Under the pieces are notes generated by a model, which had not been told where the DNA came from, made no database searches, and saw nothing but the letters and a program-made list of their open reading frames with translations. The position numbers were made by a program, and so were the translations under genes. Below are positions 1-8,351 of a DNA stretch of 64,000 bases, piece after piece (positions within the stretch are counted from its first letter, which is position 1; the number at the start of each line of letters is the position of its first letter). This DNA is from an uncultured Gammaproteobacteria bacterium (GTDB lineage Bacteria; Patescibacteriota; Microgenomatia; UBA12405): NCBI GenBank assembly GCA_964463925.1, contig CAYXDV010000002.1:86729-150728 (forward strand), in the 5' to 3' direction.

Positions 1-389
1 GGCAACAAAAATTTGTTCAAATCAGCCACCCCAAATTTTCCCTCAGAAAACAAAACTAAATGGTTAAATGCATTGTAAAAAATTAAAAGCACTCCAATCT
101 GAAAAATTTGTGGCAAACAACCAGCTGTAGGATTCACCCCTTTTTCTCGGTAAAAGTCCATTTGTGCCTGTGCCAATTTTGTTTTATCATCTTTGTATTT
201 TTCCTGTATCTTTTTTAATTCAGGCTGCAGCTCGCGCATCTTTTTTGCCGAGCGCAAAGAGGGGAGCAGAATAGGTAATAAAACTAATCTAATCAATAAA
301 GTTACTGCAATAATTGCCATTCCCAAATTGCCAGTAATTTTATAAAAGGCAAAAAGAGCATTAACAAAAGGCGCTATTAGTACTTCCAT
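1..389 (-). CDS. yidC: YidC/Oxa1-family membrane protein insertase; the coding strand runs out of the window so only the N-terminal part is present
   Basis: Hand translation of the minus strand from ATG at 389..387: MEVLIAPFVNALFAFYKITGNLGMAIIAVTLLIRLVLLPILLPSLRSAKKMRELQPELKKIQEKYKDDKTKLAQAQMDFYREKGVNPTAGCLPQIFQIGVLLIFY. This is the typical YidC core. It sits immediately downstream of yidD-rnpA-rpmH in the classical origin-region synteny. Not present in the supplied ORF track. Confidence 0.8.
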   Translation of the reverse strand, partial: MEVLIAPFVNALFAFYKITGNLGMAIIAVTLLIRLVLLPILLPSLRSAKKMRELQPELKKIQEKYKDDKTKLAQAQMDFYREKGVNPTAGCLPQIFQIGVLLIFYNAFNHLVLFSEGKFGVADLNKFLL

Positions 390-394
390 AAAGG

Positions 395-598
395 CTAGTC
401 TAGCATATCCACTCCGCCTTTATGCCAAAAACCACATTTCAAAACTCTTTTTATTCCCAAAAACAATCCCTTAACAGTTCCATATTTTTCTACTGCCTGA
501 TAAGTATAAACACTACATGTGGGATAAAATCTACAGTTATTACCAAAAGACAGGTATTTTTTATAAAATCTAAGTAACCACAAAATTAGATATTTCAT
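395..598 (-). CDS. yidD: membrane protein insertion efficiency factor YidD
   Basis: 67 aa with the conserved YidD core (RFYKKYLSF...CRFYPTCSVYTYQAVEKYG...LKRVLKCGFWHKGGVD). It lies downstream of rnpA. Confidence 0.85.
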   Translation of the reverse strand: MKYLILWLLRFYKKYLSFGNNCRFYPTCSVYTYQAVEKYGTVKGLFLGIKRVLKCGFWHKGGVDMLD

Positions 599-893
599 TT
601 TTTATTTCTTGTAAACTAATCCCCAAAGCTGACGACTTGGCAATAAAAACTACCCATTTATCTTTTTGTTTATTTACCAGATCTAGCTCACACATAGCTT
701 GGTACACCAATCTCTTAAACCGATTTCTGTCTACTGCTCGGGGCATTACTTTCTTACTAACTACAAATCCATAGGCCAAATTAGCTGCAGACAGCTGAGC
801 CACACCCAAATACTTTCCCCAAACAACTTTCCCTTTTTCTCTAACCAACAAAAAGTCCGATCTTTTTTTTAAACGCAGTTCCTGTCTAAACAC
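570..893 (-). CDS. rnpA: ribonuclease P protein component
   Basis: 107-aa basic protein (RLKKRSDFLLVREKGK..., RNRFKRLVYQAMCEL) in the rpmH-rnpA-yidD arrangement. It overlaps the yidD start. Confidence 0.85.
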   Translation of the reverse strand: MFRQELRLKKRSDFLLVREKGKVVWGKYLGVAQLSAANLAYGFVVSKKVMPRAVDRNRFKRLVYQAMCELDLVNKQKDKWVVFIAKSSALGISLQEIKNEISNFVVT

Positions 894-895
894 TT

Positions 896-1051
896 TTATT
901 TTCGTTTGTAGCCTGCCACCGTAAGCTGTGCGCGGCCTTTATCTCGACGTTGTTTCAAAACTCTTCGTCCCTTTGCGCTCATCATTCTCTTCAAAAATCC
1001 GTGCACTCGCACTCGTCGTTTCTTTTTTGGTTGATAAGTTCTCTTAGTCAT
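896..1051 (-). CDS. rpmH: 50S ribosomal protein L34
   Basis: Hand translation from ATG (1051..1049): [51 protein letters not shown], 51 aa, the canonical L34. It was missed by the ORF track because it is under 60 aa. Confidence 0.9.
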   Translation of the reverse strand: MTKRTYQPKKKRRVRVHGFLKRMMSAKGRRVLKQRRDKGRAQLTVAGYKRK

Positions 1052-1094
1052 AGGGGATATTCTATCATTCTATTTCCTTGTTTCCAAGCCATAA

Positions 1095-1511
1095 GTGTTA
1101 TACACTAAGATCCAGATGGATATTGAAATTTATGCAGCACATTTTGACGATGATGGGGGTTTTCAAAGAGAGCTTGCAAAAGCATTATTACCGCTAGGCA
1201 TAAAGATAGTTTTAAACGCAACTAGTGTAACAGATGCCCAAAGATTAATAAGTGAGTTTTCAAAAAATAAGGTGCGATTGGCTATATTAGATGGTAATAT
1301 GGGTACTGGTAGAGCAGGGTGCGCGGATGGCCTAGAACTTGCTTCTCATATCAAGCAGCAATATCCAGATGTGTTGACAGTGGGGCTTAGTGGTGGTTTA
1401 TTTCCCGTTCAAGATGATATGGACTTTGTAGCAAGCAAAATGGATGTTCCAGGTAAACAAGATAAACTAGCAGGACTTGTTGCCGAAATGAAAGCCAGAA
1501 TTTGTAAATAA
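1095..1511 (+). CDS. stand-alone CheY-like receiver (REC) domain protein
   Basis: 138 aa with REC landmarks: acidic pocket (HFDDDGG), a phospho-acceptor-like Asp in LAILDGNMG, DGLELASHI, TVGLSGG and a C-terminal Lys. No output domain. The true start may be the internal Met (MDIEIY). Confidence 0.5.
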   Translation: MLYTKIQMDIEIYAAHFDDDGGFQRELAKALLPLGIKIVLNATSVTDAQRLISEFSKNKVRLAILDGNMGTGRAGCADGLELASHIKQQYPDVLTVGLSGGLFPVQDDMDFVASKMDVPGKQDKLAGLVAEMKARICK

Positions 1512-1528
1512 TTCTTCTTCTTGCCAAT

Positions 1529-1537
1529 TGTGGAAAA
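1529..1537 (-). promoter_or_regulatory. DnaA-box-like 9-mer (TTTTCCACA on the minus strand) upstream of dnaA
   Basis: TGTGGAAAA is the reverse complement of TTTTCCACA, one mismatch to TTATCCACA. The same 9-mer recurs at 2928..2936 in the dnaA-dnaN spacer. Confidence 0.4.
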
Positions 1538-1560
1538 GTCATCTAAATTAAATTCACTCT

Positions 1561-2904
1561 ATGGATCTTGCAACTATCTGGGGACAAACCCTGGCCCAGA
1601 TAAAAAATCAGCTCGATCCTGCCCAATACCAAACCTTCCTGGCCAAAACCCGCCTATTGTCTGTTGACAATAATCTAGCTCAAGTAGGCTGTCCCAACAA
1701 TTACATCTTGACTATTAACCAATCCCGTTACAAATCTTTACTTACTCAAGAACTAAATAAGTTTGTTCCACAATCCCTAGAAATTAGTTTTCTTTTAGAC
1801 CCTTCCCAGCCAGTAAAAACCAAACCAATAGCCGACACTCCACTTTTTCAACCAGAAACAATTCATAAAACTGAAACTTTCAATCATGGTCTCAATCCAC
1901 GTTATACTTTCGACAATTTAATAGTCGGCAATAGTAACAACTTTGCCTATGCTGCTGCTCAGGCAATTGTTAGTCAGCCGGGGTCTACTTACAACCCTCT
2001 TTTTGTCTGGGGTGGGGTAGGTGTAGGCAAGACTCATCTAATGCAAGCAATTGGTCATCAATTATTGTCAAAAAATAAAAATTACAAATTGCGCTATTTC
2101 CCAGCTGAAACTTTTACCAATGACCTCTATCAGGCGCTGCGTACTAAAACCATCGATCGCTTCAAGGAAATTTATCGCTCACTTGATTGCATGATAGTAG
2201 ACGATATTCAATTTATTGCAGGCAAAGAGTATGCTCAGGAAGAGTTTTTCCATACTTTCAATGCACTCTATTTATCTGGTAAACAGATTATTCTTGCCTC
2301 AGATCGTAAACCATCTGAAATTAGAGATCTAGAAGACCGTTTAATTTCCCGCTTTTCAGGTGGTTTAAATGTTGACATCCAGCTACCAGATTATGAAATG
2401 CGTCTTTCTATTCTCAAACAAAAGTCTGAAGATAAAAACCTAAAAATTTCCCCCCAAGCTCTAAACTATCTTGCTGAAAACAATCCAGGTAATATCCGAG
2501 ATTTAGAGGGCAAATTACAAGAAGCTGCTCTTTTAGCCATCAGTCAACAACAGCCAGAAATTACTTTAGAAATACTAGCTGGCCATCAAACTCCCATATC
2601 TCCACTTATCCACAATCAAAACCCTCGACACATACTTTCTGTTTGTGCCAAAAATTTAAATATAAAAACTGGAGATCTTATTGGCAAAAGTCGCAAAAAA
2701 GATCTTATCTATGCACGCCATCTTACTGCCTATATTTTATTAACAGTTGGTAAACTACCCTTGCAACAAGTTGGGGAAATATTGGGCGGAAGAGATCATA
2801 CTAGCATTATTCACGCCCGGGACAAAATCCACCAAGCTTTATCCACAAACACCCAGCTATCATCTCTTTTCCACCAAATTAGCTCTCAGTTAACAACTAA
2901 TTAA
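1561..2904 (+). CDS. dnaA: chromosomal replication initiator protein DnaA
   Basis: 447 aa. AAA+ Walker A GGVGVGKTHLMQAIGH, sensor and box motifs, and the C-terminal DNA-binding domain (KSRKKDLIYARHLTAYILLTVGKLPLQQVGEILGGRDHTSIIHA). Confidence 0.95.
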   Translation: MDLATIWGQTLAQIKNQLDPAQYQTFLAKTRLLSVDNNLAQVGCPNNYILTINQSRYKSLLTQELNKFVPQSLEISFLLDPSQPVKTKPIADTPLFQPETIHKTETFNHGLNPRYTFDNLIVGNSNNFAYAAAQAIVSQPGSTYNPLFVWGGVGVGKTHLMQAIGHQLLSKNKNYKLRYFPAETFTNDLYQALRTKTIDRFKEIYRSLDCMIVDDIQFIAGKEYAQEEFFHTFNALYLSGKQIILASDRKPSEIRDLEDRLISRFSGGLNVDIQLPDYEMRLSILKQKSEDKNLKISPQALNYLAENNPGNIRDLEGKLQEAALLAISQQQPEITLEILAGHQTPISPLIHNQNPRHILSVCAKNLNIKTGDLIGKSRKKDLIYARHLTAYILLTVGKLPLQQVGEILGGRDHTSIIHARDKIHQALSTNTQLSSLFHQISSQLTTN

Positions 2905-3149
2905 CAATCCAGTAAGTTTGCCAAGCTTTTTCCACACTTAATCCACCAGTATTTCTGCACACTTAATCCACCAAATATTACCCAAAGTCTAGCCATCACT
3001 ATAAGCTATTTTCGGTCTTTTTATCAATATTTATAGTCAAATAACACTTATCCAGTTTACTTTTTTTGATCTTTCAATCTAATAATGCTTATTCCACACC
3101 AGAGCCATCTCCCTAATACTAATTACTTTTAATTAAGATAAAATTAGAT
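2905..3149. other. candidate oriC: dnaA-dnaN spacer carrying DnaA-box-like motifs, a 16-bp direct repeat and an AT-rich unwinding stretch
   Basis: TTTTCCACA at 2928..2936. CACACTTAATCCACCA occurs twice as a direct repeat (2933..2948 and 2958..2973). TTATCCAGT is at 3048..3056 and TTATTCCACA at 3089..3098. AT-rich CTAATACTAATTACTTTTAATTAAGATAAAATTAGAT sits just 5' of the dnaN start. Confidence 0.6.
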
Positions 3150-4268
3150 ATGCAAGTTACTCTCACCAAAGAAGATCTAAATTCCAGCCTTCAAAACCTT
3201 TCTCGTTTTATTGCTAGCAAGGCCCAGCTACCAATTCTAAGTAATATTTTATTAGAAACCACAGAAGATAACTATTTGCAATTATCTGCAACCAATTTAG
3301 AGCTTGGTCTTCAGCAAAAAATACCTGCCACAATTCAATCACCAGGCAAAATTACTGTTCCTGCCACTGAATTAACCGAATTTGTAAGCTATCTTAGTGA
3401 CAACAAAATTCATCTAAAACTAACAGAAAATAACTTATTAGAAATAACTTGCAACAAACAATCTGCCACCTTAACTACTCAATTACCTGATGATTTTCCT
3501 CCACAAAAAATATCTTCTACAACCCACACACTTTCTCTACCTTGGCCAGAGTTGTCATCTAATTTAAACCAAATTTTATTCGCTGCTGCCACTGACGATT
3601 CCAGACCTGTTTTAACAGGGCTTCTTTTAAAGTTTGACAACACACGACTTACTATTGCTGCCACTGATGGTTTTCGTTTGTCCTTGCTCACTAGGGAACT
3701 TGTAAAGCCCATATCCCAAGATATCGAAACTCTGCTGGTACCTGCAAAAACTTTTACAGAACTAATCAAACTAGCCAAAAATGAAAAAGAAATAAAATTA
3801 TCTCTAAATTCTGAATCCGCACAACTCGCTTTTTTTGTAAACGAAAAAACTATTTTATTTAGCCGTCTTCTACAAGGTGATTATCCAGATTATCAGCGTA
3901 TAATACCCCAATCCAGTGGTACTATTTTAACTTTAGATCGAGACGAGTCTTTACAGGCAATCAAAGCAGCTTCTATTTTTGCTCGTCAATCAGCTAATGT
4001 TGTCCGTCTAAAAATTGGAAACAGTAGCTTGATTTTCTCAGCTAATGCTCCACAACTTGGTAAAAATCAAACTGAAGTTGAAGCTAAAGTCGAAGGCAAG
4101 CCACTAGAAATTGCCTTCAATTATAAATTTCTAGTAGATTTTCTTAATTCTTGTAACTCAAATACTTTCTCTATATCTCTAAACGAATCTCTATCGCCAG
4201 CATTATTCAAAGACCCAAACACTTCTGATTTTATCCACATTATTATGCCAGTTAGACTACAGGATTAG
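3150..4268 (+). CDS. dnaN: DNA polymerase III beta sliding clamp
   Basis: 372 aa with a three-domain clamp pattern. N-terminus is MQVTLTKEDLNSSLQNLSRFIASKAQLPILSNILLE. It sits immediately after dnaA. Confidence 0.95.
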   Translation: MQVTLTKEDLNSSLQNLSRFIASKAQLPILSNILLETTEDNYLQLSATNLELGLQQKIPATIQSPGKITVPATELTEFVSYLSDNKIHLKLTENNLLEITCNKQSATLTTQLPDDFPPQKISSTTHTLSLPWPELSSNLNQILFAAATDDSRPVLTGLLLKFDNTRLTIAATDGFRLSLLTRELVKPISQDIETLLVPAKTFTELIKLAKNEKEIKLSLNSESAQLAFFVNEKTILFSRLLQGDYPDYQRIIPQSSGTILTLDRDESLQAIKAASIFARQSANVVRLKIGNSSLIFSANAPQLGKNQTEVEAKVEGKPLEIAFNYKFLVDFLNSCNSNTFSISLNESLSPALFKDPNTSDFIHIIMPVRLQD

Positions 4269-4534
4269 TCCATTTTGTCGATATATAGAGTAGATCCCGA
4301 ATACATTCCTTCTGCTTTAATATCTTTTCCAATATAGTTACTCATTTCATACTTTCGACTGTTAATATTTATTAAGTCTCCATTTTCTAACTGTAGAATA
4401 AATTCTTCCCCAATTTTACCAGTAATCTTTCCAGAAACTATTTTTCTGTTTGTCCCAGTTTCTTCACTAGTAGAGCTATTACATCCCATCATAAACAATA
4501 ATAAAAATACTAAAACAAAATATTGTTTTTTCAT
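4265..4534 (-). CDS. small lipoprotein (signal peptide with lipobox LLFMMGC)
   Basis: 89 aa. Hydrophobic N-terminus ending in a Cys lipobox, then a Ser/Thr-rich linker. It is convergent with dnaN and overlaps its stop by 4 nt. Confidence 0.5.
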   Translation of the reverse strand: MKKQYFVLVFLLLFMMGCNSSTSEETGTNRKIVSGKITGKIGEEFILQLENGDLININSRKYEMSNYIGKDIKAEGMYSGSTLYIDKMD

Positions 4535-4630
4535 TGGTTTTTTAAACGCAAAAATATAATTACTAAAACTAATACAATTAAAACAACTAATAATCTGTAT
4601 TTATATAATTTATCAATCATTGCATCTAGT

Positions 4631-5659
4631 TTACAAAATTAAACTAGTTCCCATCAACAACCTTAATACTGATTTTTTTTCCATGGTTTCTGCTTCAAAA
4701 AAAACATATGGCCATAGTTGTTTTTTTTCTGATATGTATAAATAACCCGGCTGATACATAGAAATTGTTGTATTTTCTGGTTTAAATTCAGCATCAGCAG
4801 CTATCAAACTATCGTTTGGTAATGCGTATAGCGGTTTTATACTCCTGTCATTTGTAAGCATTGCAGCATCTTTCGTTTTTAAATTTTCAGAAACTATCTG
4901 CTGATTAGTCGGAAAATATTCCACTACAAGCTCTTTTAGTTTTCCTAAACTATCATAAGTTATTCTAATTGGATATCCGTAGTTTTGTCCATATATAGGC
5001 CAATTATCAAAACTATAATTATAGTTAAAAACGATTCCGTCTGCATTTTCTCTAGTAGTAAAACCTGCACCTTCTAATTCATTTTTGAAAAATGATTTAG
5101 AACCAAGGATTGTTTTCCATGGGTCTTCAAGTCCCAATTTTGATAGCAAGATTTGATTATTTTTTTCTAAATTTTCTATAAGTTCAGTAGACATCGGAAC
5201 AAAATTATCTGCCACTTCTTTGTCTTTTATATCTATTTTTTGATCCCACCAAATACCAAGAACCGGGGTCTGATTTTGATTAATTATTAGTCTATCAATT
5301 GCTTTATTTCCAACTTGATTATCAAATATATAAACACCATTTGCAGACACCTGATTATCCATATGTTCAAATCCAAATATTTTCGCCATTTCTGTTACTT
5401 GATTATTAGTTAGTCGTTTATAATCCATTGTGTAAATTGCTGCTTGTTTTGGCAACTGATCTATTTTTGTTTGCCACTTAAAATTGCTTGCCATTGGTAT
5501 TTCTGTCTTTACTACTGGCAGAGGTAATTCTTTTGCATCCCGATCTTTTACAGTTTCCACGGTGGCACCTTTCTCAGGTCCCCTGCTTATCCACAAAAGA
5601 AACAAATAAATCAAAAACAAAACAATCCCCACAATTATCGCCAGTTGTAATCTACGCAT
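4631..5659 (-). CDS. membrane-anchored protein, last gene of the T4SS-like operon (possible VirB8/PrgL-like)
   Basis: 342 aa with a single N-terminal TM (LAIIVGIVLFLIYLFLLWI) followed by a soluble extracytoplasmic domain. The position after the hydrolase mirrors prgL/virB8 in Gram-positive T4SS loci. The assignment is by context only. Confidence 0.5.
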   Translation of the reverse strand: MRRLQLAIIVGIVLFLIYLFLLWISRGPEKGATVETVKDRDAKELPLPVVKTEIPMASNFKWQTKIDQLPKQAAIYTMDYKRLTNNQVTEMAKIFGFEHMDNQVSANGVYIFDNQVGNKAIDRLIINQNQTPVLGIWWDQKIDIKDKEVADNFVPMSTELIENLEKNNQILLSKLGLEDPWKTILGSKSFFKNELEGAGFTTRENADGIVFNYNYSFDNWPIYGQNYGYPIRITYDSLGKLKELVVEYFPTNQQIVSENLKTKDAAMLTNDRSIKPLYALPNDSLIAADAEFKPENTTISMYQPGYLYISEKKQLWPYVFFEAETMEKKSVLRLLMGTSLIL

Positions 5660-5670
5660 ATTTAATCATA

Positions 5671-8343
5671 CTAAAAACTAACCCCGCAGGCAGCAAAGCC
5701 GATACAGCCAAAAATACGGGAAAATAAAGAACCAATAATTGGCAAAAACGATAAAATACTACCCATTGAGTCAAGCTGGTAATGCAAATGAGGGCCAGTA
5801 GAATTTCCAGTCGATCCCTCAAGTCCTAACACAGCCCCTCTACTAATTTGGCCAAATACCAAAGGATAGCTCAACATGTGTCCATATAAGGTAGTAAAAT
5901 CTATCTTTTGCTTTGTGTCAGGATTTTCACACTGACCTTCCACAACTACATAATTTCCAAAGATAGGGCTGTACCCAGCTTTTTTTACCAAACCATCGTG
6001 AGTGGCATAAATCGGTGTTCCCGCTATATTTGCCAAATCAACTGCCTGAGCTCCACTATGTGAACTTGTAGTCATTGGACCCTGAGTCATATAAGCGTGA
6101 TCAAGTGGCCAGCCAGAAGGGCACGAAGATGGTATTACTCCTCCAGGATATTTTCTGGCGTCAAACATAACAAAACTGGTTGCCGGTTTTGGTGGAACCA
6201 AAGAGGATATATTTATTGCAATAAACATTTGGTAAACAAACAACCCAATGAATACAGCAACGATAACTGGCATCAAAAAAGCTAAACTAATTCCAGTTAT
6301 CGCAGCCCCAAGTACAACCACAATATCTTCTGCAATTCCAGCCATAAAACCAGGAACTTTTCCAAAATTTTCTTCCACAAATTTTTTCAATCCTATATGT
6401 ATTCCCAAATCAGCCAACAGTCCTTTTATTTTTCCAGAAACTAATCCCAAAACATCTTTAGCAATCAAAACCAAACTAACTATTGTTCCAGCCCCAGGAA
6501 TTGCTACATTAATTCCCAATCTAGTAGCTATCCAAGAGGCAGCCTTGGTCACAACTCCCCCAGACAATTTGCCCAAAGCTACCTGAGTTCCTTTTACCAA
6601 CCCATCAGCTCCCAGCTGACTTATAACTTGTTTTATTAATTGCTCACCGCCCAGTGCTTCTAAAACTTTTTTGCTTATTCCCGAAACAGACAGATTACTC
6701 AGCTGTTCTATTTTTCCCAGCTTGCTAAGCATTTCCGCTTTACCTAATCGTTGTCTTATCTGTTCAAGCATTGCCTTCCCTTTTTCTCCACTAGTAGCCC
6801 TAATTGCATTATCCAAAGCGCCAATTCTATCTCCTAAGCCTCTAATTCCGTATCTAGACAGTATTCGCATATCCTTGTTAAATCTTTCTGAAAGCACATC
6901 CACTTTCTCTTGTGGCATTGCAGCTAATCCAATCAAACTTTCTACACCCAACAAAGCTTGCTTAGTCTCCAGATTTTTTTCCAAACCGAGCTGAATTCTT
7001 GATAACTCCATTATTCTTGCCATAGGACTTTCATGTACTCTTCTTGTTGTTTCAGAAACACTAGCAGCCGCCTCCCAGATTTGCTTTTGAACTTCCGGCT
7101 TTTTTGTCAAAAATTCAGGACTTCTTTTCATAAAAACTAACTCTCGCTTCATTTGTTCTTCCAAAAACCCAGATTGTCTTACTAAAACCAAAGTCTGGTT
7201 TTCAACAATTACTTTTTCTGCAGCTACTACCACTTTTTTGGCCAACATTGGAGCAGATTCTGTTCCGACAATTGTTGCAATCTTTGAAGTTAGCTCTTCA
7301 TTAGTTGTCGAAGAGAGTATTGTTTCTTCCAAAACTTTTGCTAACTGTCTCTGTTGTTTTTCCTCCTTCAAATCAGCTAATCCTTTTGCAGTCTGCAAAA
7401 CTATATTGCCCAGAGATTCTTTGGCAATATAGTTGTTTATCTTCTGTTGCAATTCCTGCAAAACAACTGAACTGGCCTGACTCAGCTTAAGTTCTTCTTG
7501 TCTGGCTACAACCGACATTGCACTTACCAAATCTTGTTCGCTCACCAATCGATTTTCACTTTCTTTTTTTACATAATCTAATATTTTTTGTGCCCCAGTC
7601 TCTGGAATTTTCAAATGCGAAGCTATTTCGACTTCCATTAGAAGTTGATCTTTTGCCGCTTCCCTAATGTCTATTTCTCCAGCAGCTTTTTCAGTTTTTT
7701 TTATTTCAGCAGCAGTTTTTTCTTGCCGTTCCAGCCAAAATCTAACCACTTTTTTGGCTTGATCTGGGTCTAGCCCGCCAACAAATCTGGCAACCAAAGC
7801 TTCCGCCTCCTCCTTATTTTTGCCTTGATCTAAATATTGTTGATATTCCTCCAAAAGTACGGCTAAATCTTGTGAATTAAGTGATCTTGGGTCAAATTCC
7901 CTGGGATTGCTACGTGTTTGGCCAACATTTATCTGGTCTAATTTAGCTTTAAACGAAAACAATAAAGGAATATAAGGGCCAATCTCGTCACTTTCTTTCA
8001 CATAAACATTGACTCCTGGATAATAAATTGGATATACATCTTTAAAAAAGTTACTTACACTTCCGTACAAACCACTTTGCTCCAAAGTCACTGCCCCCTT
8101 GCTACTCGCTTCTTGCAACTTTCCACCTAATTCAATTGCATACTCCGTTAACTTAGGATTATCTACATGGGTAATAGAGGTACTCCCGGCAATCTGTGCC
8201 ATCTTGCCAAACAACCCAACTTTCTTGTCTCCAATTACTTCTGCTTTTGGACCAAACAAACCCTCCACCAAACTTTTAGGTCGTTTTTTTTCATTACCAT
8301 CGATTTCAACGAGGTCCACCCTTATTTTTGTATTATCTGTCAT
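5671..8343 (-). CDS. large T4SS-associated cell-wall hydrolase with a C-terminal M23/LytM peptidase domain (VirB1/PrgK-like role)
   Basis: 890 aa. A long helical N-terminal region, then a TM cluster (GFMAGIAEDIVVVLGAAITGISLAFLMPVIVAVFIGLFVY), then an M23 signature (HDGLVKKAG...GSTGNSTGPHLHYQLD). It is adjacent to the VirB4-like ATPase. Confidence 0.7.
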   Translation of the reverse strand: MTDNTKIRVDLVEIDGNEKKRPKSLVEGLFGPKAEVIGDKKVGLFGKMAQIAGSTSITHVDNPKLTEYAIELGGKLQEASSKGAVTLEQSGLYGSVSNFFKDVYPIYYPGVNVYVKESDEIGPYIPLLFSFKAKLDQINVGQTRSNPREFDPRSLNSQDLAVLLEEYQQYLDQGKNKEEAEALVARFVGGLDPDQAKKVVRFWLERQEKTAAEIKKTEKAAGEIDIREAAKDQLLMEVEIASHLKIPETGAQKILDYVKKESENRLVSEQDLVSAMSVVARQEELKLSQASSVVLQELQQKINNYIAKESLGNIVLQTAKGLADLKEEKQQRQLAKVLEETILSSTTNEELTSKIATIVGTESAPMLAKKVVVAAEKVIVENQTLVLVRQSGFLEEQMKRELVFMKRSPEFLTKKPEVQKQIWEAAASVSETTRRVHESPMARIMELSRIQLGLEKNLETKQALLGVESLIGLAAMPQEKVDVLSERFNKDMRILSRYGIRGLGDRIGALDNAIRATSGEKGKAMLEQIRQRLGKAEMLSKLGKIEQLSNLSVSGISKKVLEALGGEQLIKQVISQLGADGLVKGTQVALGKLSGGVVTKAASWIATRLGINVAIPGAGTIVSLVLIAKDVLGLVSGKIKGLLADLGIHIGLKKFVEENFGKVPGFMAGIAEDIVVVLGAAITGISLAFLMPVIVAVFIGLFVYQMFIAINISSLVPPKPATSFVMFDARKYPGGVIPSSCPSGWPLDHAYMTQGPMTTSSHSGAQAVDLANIAGTPIYATHDGLVKKAGYSPIFGNYVVVEGQCENPDTKQKIDFTTLYGHMLSYPLVFGQISRGAVLGLEGSTGNSTGPHLHYQLDSMGSILSFLPIIGSLFSRIFGCIGFAACGVSF

Positions 8344-8351
8344 TGCCTAAA

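Noticed and set aside
3479-3778. Antisense 99-aa ORF inside dnaN (similar antisense ORFs sit inside other large genes at 6097..6285, 6248..6586, 6671..6994, 7238..7490, 8780..8962, 9376..9588, 11590..12052, 12580..13070, 18046..18621, 19630..20538, 26815..27312, 27522..27755, 28063..28263, 35704..36133, 38205..38466, 39737..40117, 41490..42205, 43222..43614, 44155..44337, 47137..49372, 49645..50091)
   Set aside because: They are fully embedded antisense to strongly supported conserved genes, low-complexity, and without motifs. They are statistical ORFs from AT-rich sequence.
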